From Candidatus Marinacidobacterales bacterium (GTDB lineage: Bacteria; Acidobacteriota; Vicinamibacteria; Marinacidobacterales; SMYC01), in contig OZ250169.1 in NCBI GenBank assembly GCA_965237955.1, positions 1,728,001-1,792,000 on the forward strand: 64,000 nt of DNA, written 5' to 3'. Numbering within the stretch: position 1 is the stretch's first letter; each line of letters opens with the position of its first letter. Shown piece after piece: positions 62,245 through 64,000 of this stretch. Below the pieces are notes generated by a model. That model was not told the origin of the DNA. It ran no database searches and worked only from the letters and a program-made list of their open reading frames with translations. A program made the position numbers and the translations under genes.

Positions 62245-62324
62245 GGAGTTGCTCGGTTAGACTTGGTAGGAAGAGATTAGCATTTCGACGTCTGGCGGTG
62301 CAAAAAAAGAGGAGGTAGCTGACC

Positions 62325-62663
62325 GTGGCCTGGATCCGTCCGATTTCGGAAGACGAGGCAACCGGGGATCTCCGTCAGGTTTCCGAAGATGACCAGCTCG
62401 TCGAGCGAGTCAAAAAGGATCCGACCACCGCCGAGCTGACGCCGCGTCAGCGCGCTATCGTCGACTTTGCGATCAAGCTCACCGTAGCGCCAAAGGACGC
62501 ACGCCGTGAGGATTTGGATCCACTGAGAGCGCACGGCCTGGCCGACGATGACATCTTCATGCTCGTCCACGTCATCGGCTACTTCAACCACATCAACCGC
62601 GTGGCCGACGGACTAGGTATCGACTTGGAACCGGGTATGGGACCCTCTCCGTATCTGGAATGA
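62325..62663 (+). pseudogene. Peroxidase-related / CMD (AhpD-like) protein with probable internal deletion
   Basis: MAWIRPISEDEATGDL joined directly to the C-terminal half (FAIKLT..YFNHINRVADGLG); central Cys motif absent. Confidence 0.65.
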
Positions 62664-62671
62664 TTTTGAAG

Positions 62672-62777
62672 GCCATCTGCCGTCAGCCGTCAGCCAGAAA
62701 AGCGCTTTGCCGAACGCCCGAAGGCCGACTCAAGACTCGGCACGGCGTTCAGCTGCTGATGGCCGATGGCCGATGGC
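62672..62777. repeat. Palindromic REP-like element of 7-mer repeats (GCCGTCA / GATGGCC)
   Basis: Arms 62672-62694 and 62755-62777; related arms at 39111-39250 and 49423-49440. Confidence 0.7.
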
Positions 62778-62815
62778 GGATCAATCCCCATGTAGCTACG
62801 CTCTCATAATAGACG

Positions 62816-62948
62816 CTAGTCCCCTGTATCAGAACAAACTAGATAAAGCAGAGCTTGCCGGAACCCTTCTAAGTGCATGAATCTTATGAATATTATGGGC
62901 TGGCGAAAAGCCTAACTTTGTATAGTAATCAAAGATCCAGGGGACTAG
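62816..62948 (+). mobile_element. 133-bp IS630-type MITE, copy E
   Basis: CTAG-flanked; inserted in the last codons of the HAD gene. Confidence 0.93.
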
Positions 62949-63563
62949 CTCACGCAGATCGTCTACCCAAAAGTCGGGCTCGAGCGCGACCGTTTCCTGT
63001 CGGATGCCGTAGGTCACGAGACAACAGCGGACGCCGGCGCTTCTCGCCGTTTCGAGATCAATGGCGGAATCGCCCACGAATAGAGTTTCGTGCGTCCCCG
63101 CGCCGGCTTCGTCGAGCAGACAGCGTACCCCCGTGGGATCGGGTTTCTTGTGCTCGAACGAGTCCCCGCCGTAGACCTGAGCGAAGTGCCGGCGGAGCCC
63201 GAGCCCTTCGAGAATCATGATGCTTTCGAGCCGGGGTTTGTTGGTCAGGATCGTGAGGGTGCATCCACGAACGTCGAGCTTCTCGAGCGCAGGGACCACT
63301 CCAGGGTAAGCTCTGGTGTTGTCGAGAAGACGGCGCCGGTAGATCGGCAGATAGATTTCGTGAGCGCGTTCGACGACCTCACGCGCGGAGCCGGGAAGCG
63401 CTCGTTCGAGGAGCTTCTTAACCCCGTTCCCGATATAGCTTTCGATCTCGTCCAGTGGGAGCGGCGCGAGCTCGAATTGGTCGCGCATCTCGTTCACCGC
63501 GTGAGCAATATCTTCCGCCGAGTCGACGAGGGTGCCATCGAGGTCGAAGATGACGAGTTTCAC
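62829..63563 (-). CDS. gph: HAD phosphatase (phosphoglycolate phosphatase-like) with MITE-derived C-terminal tail
   Basis: FDLDGTLVDS, LTNKP, KKPDP, FVGDS..D. Confidence 0.85.
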   Translation of the reverse strand: MKLVIFDLDGTLVDSAEDIAHAVNEMRDQFELAPLPLDEIESYIGNGVKKLLERALPGSAREVVERAHEIYLPIYRRRLLDNTRAYPGVVPALEKLDVRGCTLTILTNKPRLESIMILEGLGLRRHFAQVYGGDSFEHKKPDPTGVRCLLDEAGAGTHETLFVGDSAIDLETARSAGVRCCLVTYGIRQETVALEPDFWVDDLRELVPWIFDYYTKLGFSPAHNIHKIHALRRVPASSALSSLF

Positions 63564-63633
63564 GCCGGCATTCTACTGCCCGTTGGTCCTCATCGTCGGC
63601 TGAGATATAATTGGGTGGGGTCAGGTACGGTTC

Positions 63634-64000
63634 ATGTTGGAGCTCTCTCGCAAGAGTGACTACGCGCTGCGCGCCGTCATCTATCTCGCCCGGCTCTCCG
63701 ACGATCGCTTTGGACGCGTCAGCGAGATCGCCAAGGCGAAGGACATCCCCCAGGCGTTCTTGGCGCAGATTCTTCCTCTGTTGGCGAATCACGGCTTCAT
63801 CAAATCGCAACAAGGTGCTCATGGTGGCTATGCGCTCGCGCGATCGCCGGAAGCGATCTCGTTTCTCAATATCATCGAGTCCATCGAAGGCCCGCTACGT
63901 CTCAACAAGTGTGTCGAGGGGCACCACGACGATTGCACCATCCTCGACAACTGCGAGATGCAACACGTGTGGAATCAGGCTCAAACCCAGATGGTGGATT
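63634..64000 (+). CDS. Rrf2-family transcriptional regulator (runs off the window end)
   Basis: MLELSRKSDYALRA..SQQGAHGGYALAR..IEG..three Cys (CVEGHHDDCTILDNC); not in the ORF track. Confidence 0.9.
   Translation, partial: MLELSRKSDYALRAVIYLARLSDDRFGRVSEIAKAKDIPQAFLAQILPLLANHGFIKSQQGAHGGYALARSPEAISFLNIIESIEGPLRLNKCVEGHHDDCTILDNCEMQHVWNQAQTQMVD

Overview
GC-rich (roughly 60-65%) bacterial chromosomal segment. Gene content suggests Acidobacteriota, possibly Vicinamibacteria-like (inference). Core blocks: ribF end, an RsbV/RsbW/RsbU-like partner-switching module, cysS, YraN, tRNA-Gly/Cys/Leu, glcB, an ECF/anti-sigma/double-RND efflux operon, an FprA-like reductase, queG, kbl, divergent dnaK-clpB, a sigma54 two-component pair, a HAD phosphatase and an Rrf2 regulator. 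These alternate with decaying accessory patches containing many deletion-fused or truncated genes. Mobile DNA: two ISL3 copies with 8-bp TSDs and a highly structured leader; one IS630-family element; five near-identical 133-bp CTAG-targeting MITEs derived from an IS630 relative (one inside the IS630 transposase, two in tandem, two in host genes); and a second ~105-bp repeat carrying paired NrdR-box-like motifs. The best candidates for undescribed biology are the IS630/MITE pair and an unannotated sigma54-promoted small RNA (~57543-57663, minus strand) with an anti-Shine-Dalgarno loop and intrinsic terminator, near a sigma54 activator/kinase pair. Several single-base frameshifts may be sequencing errors.
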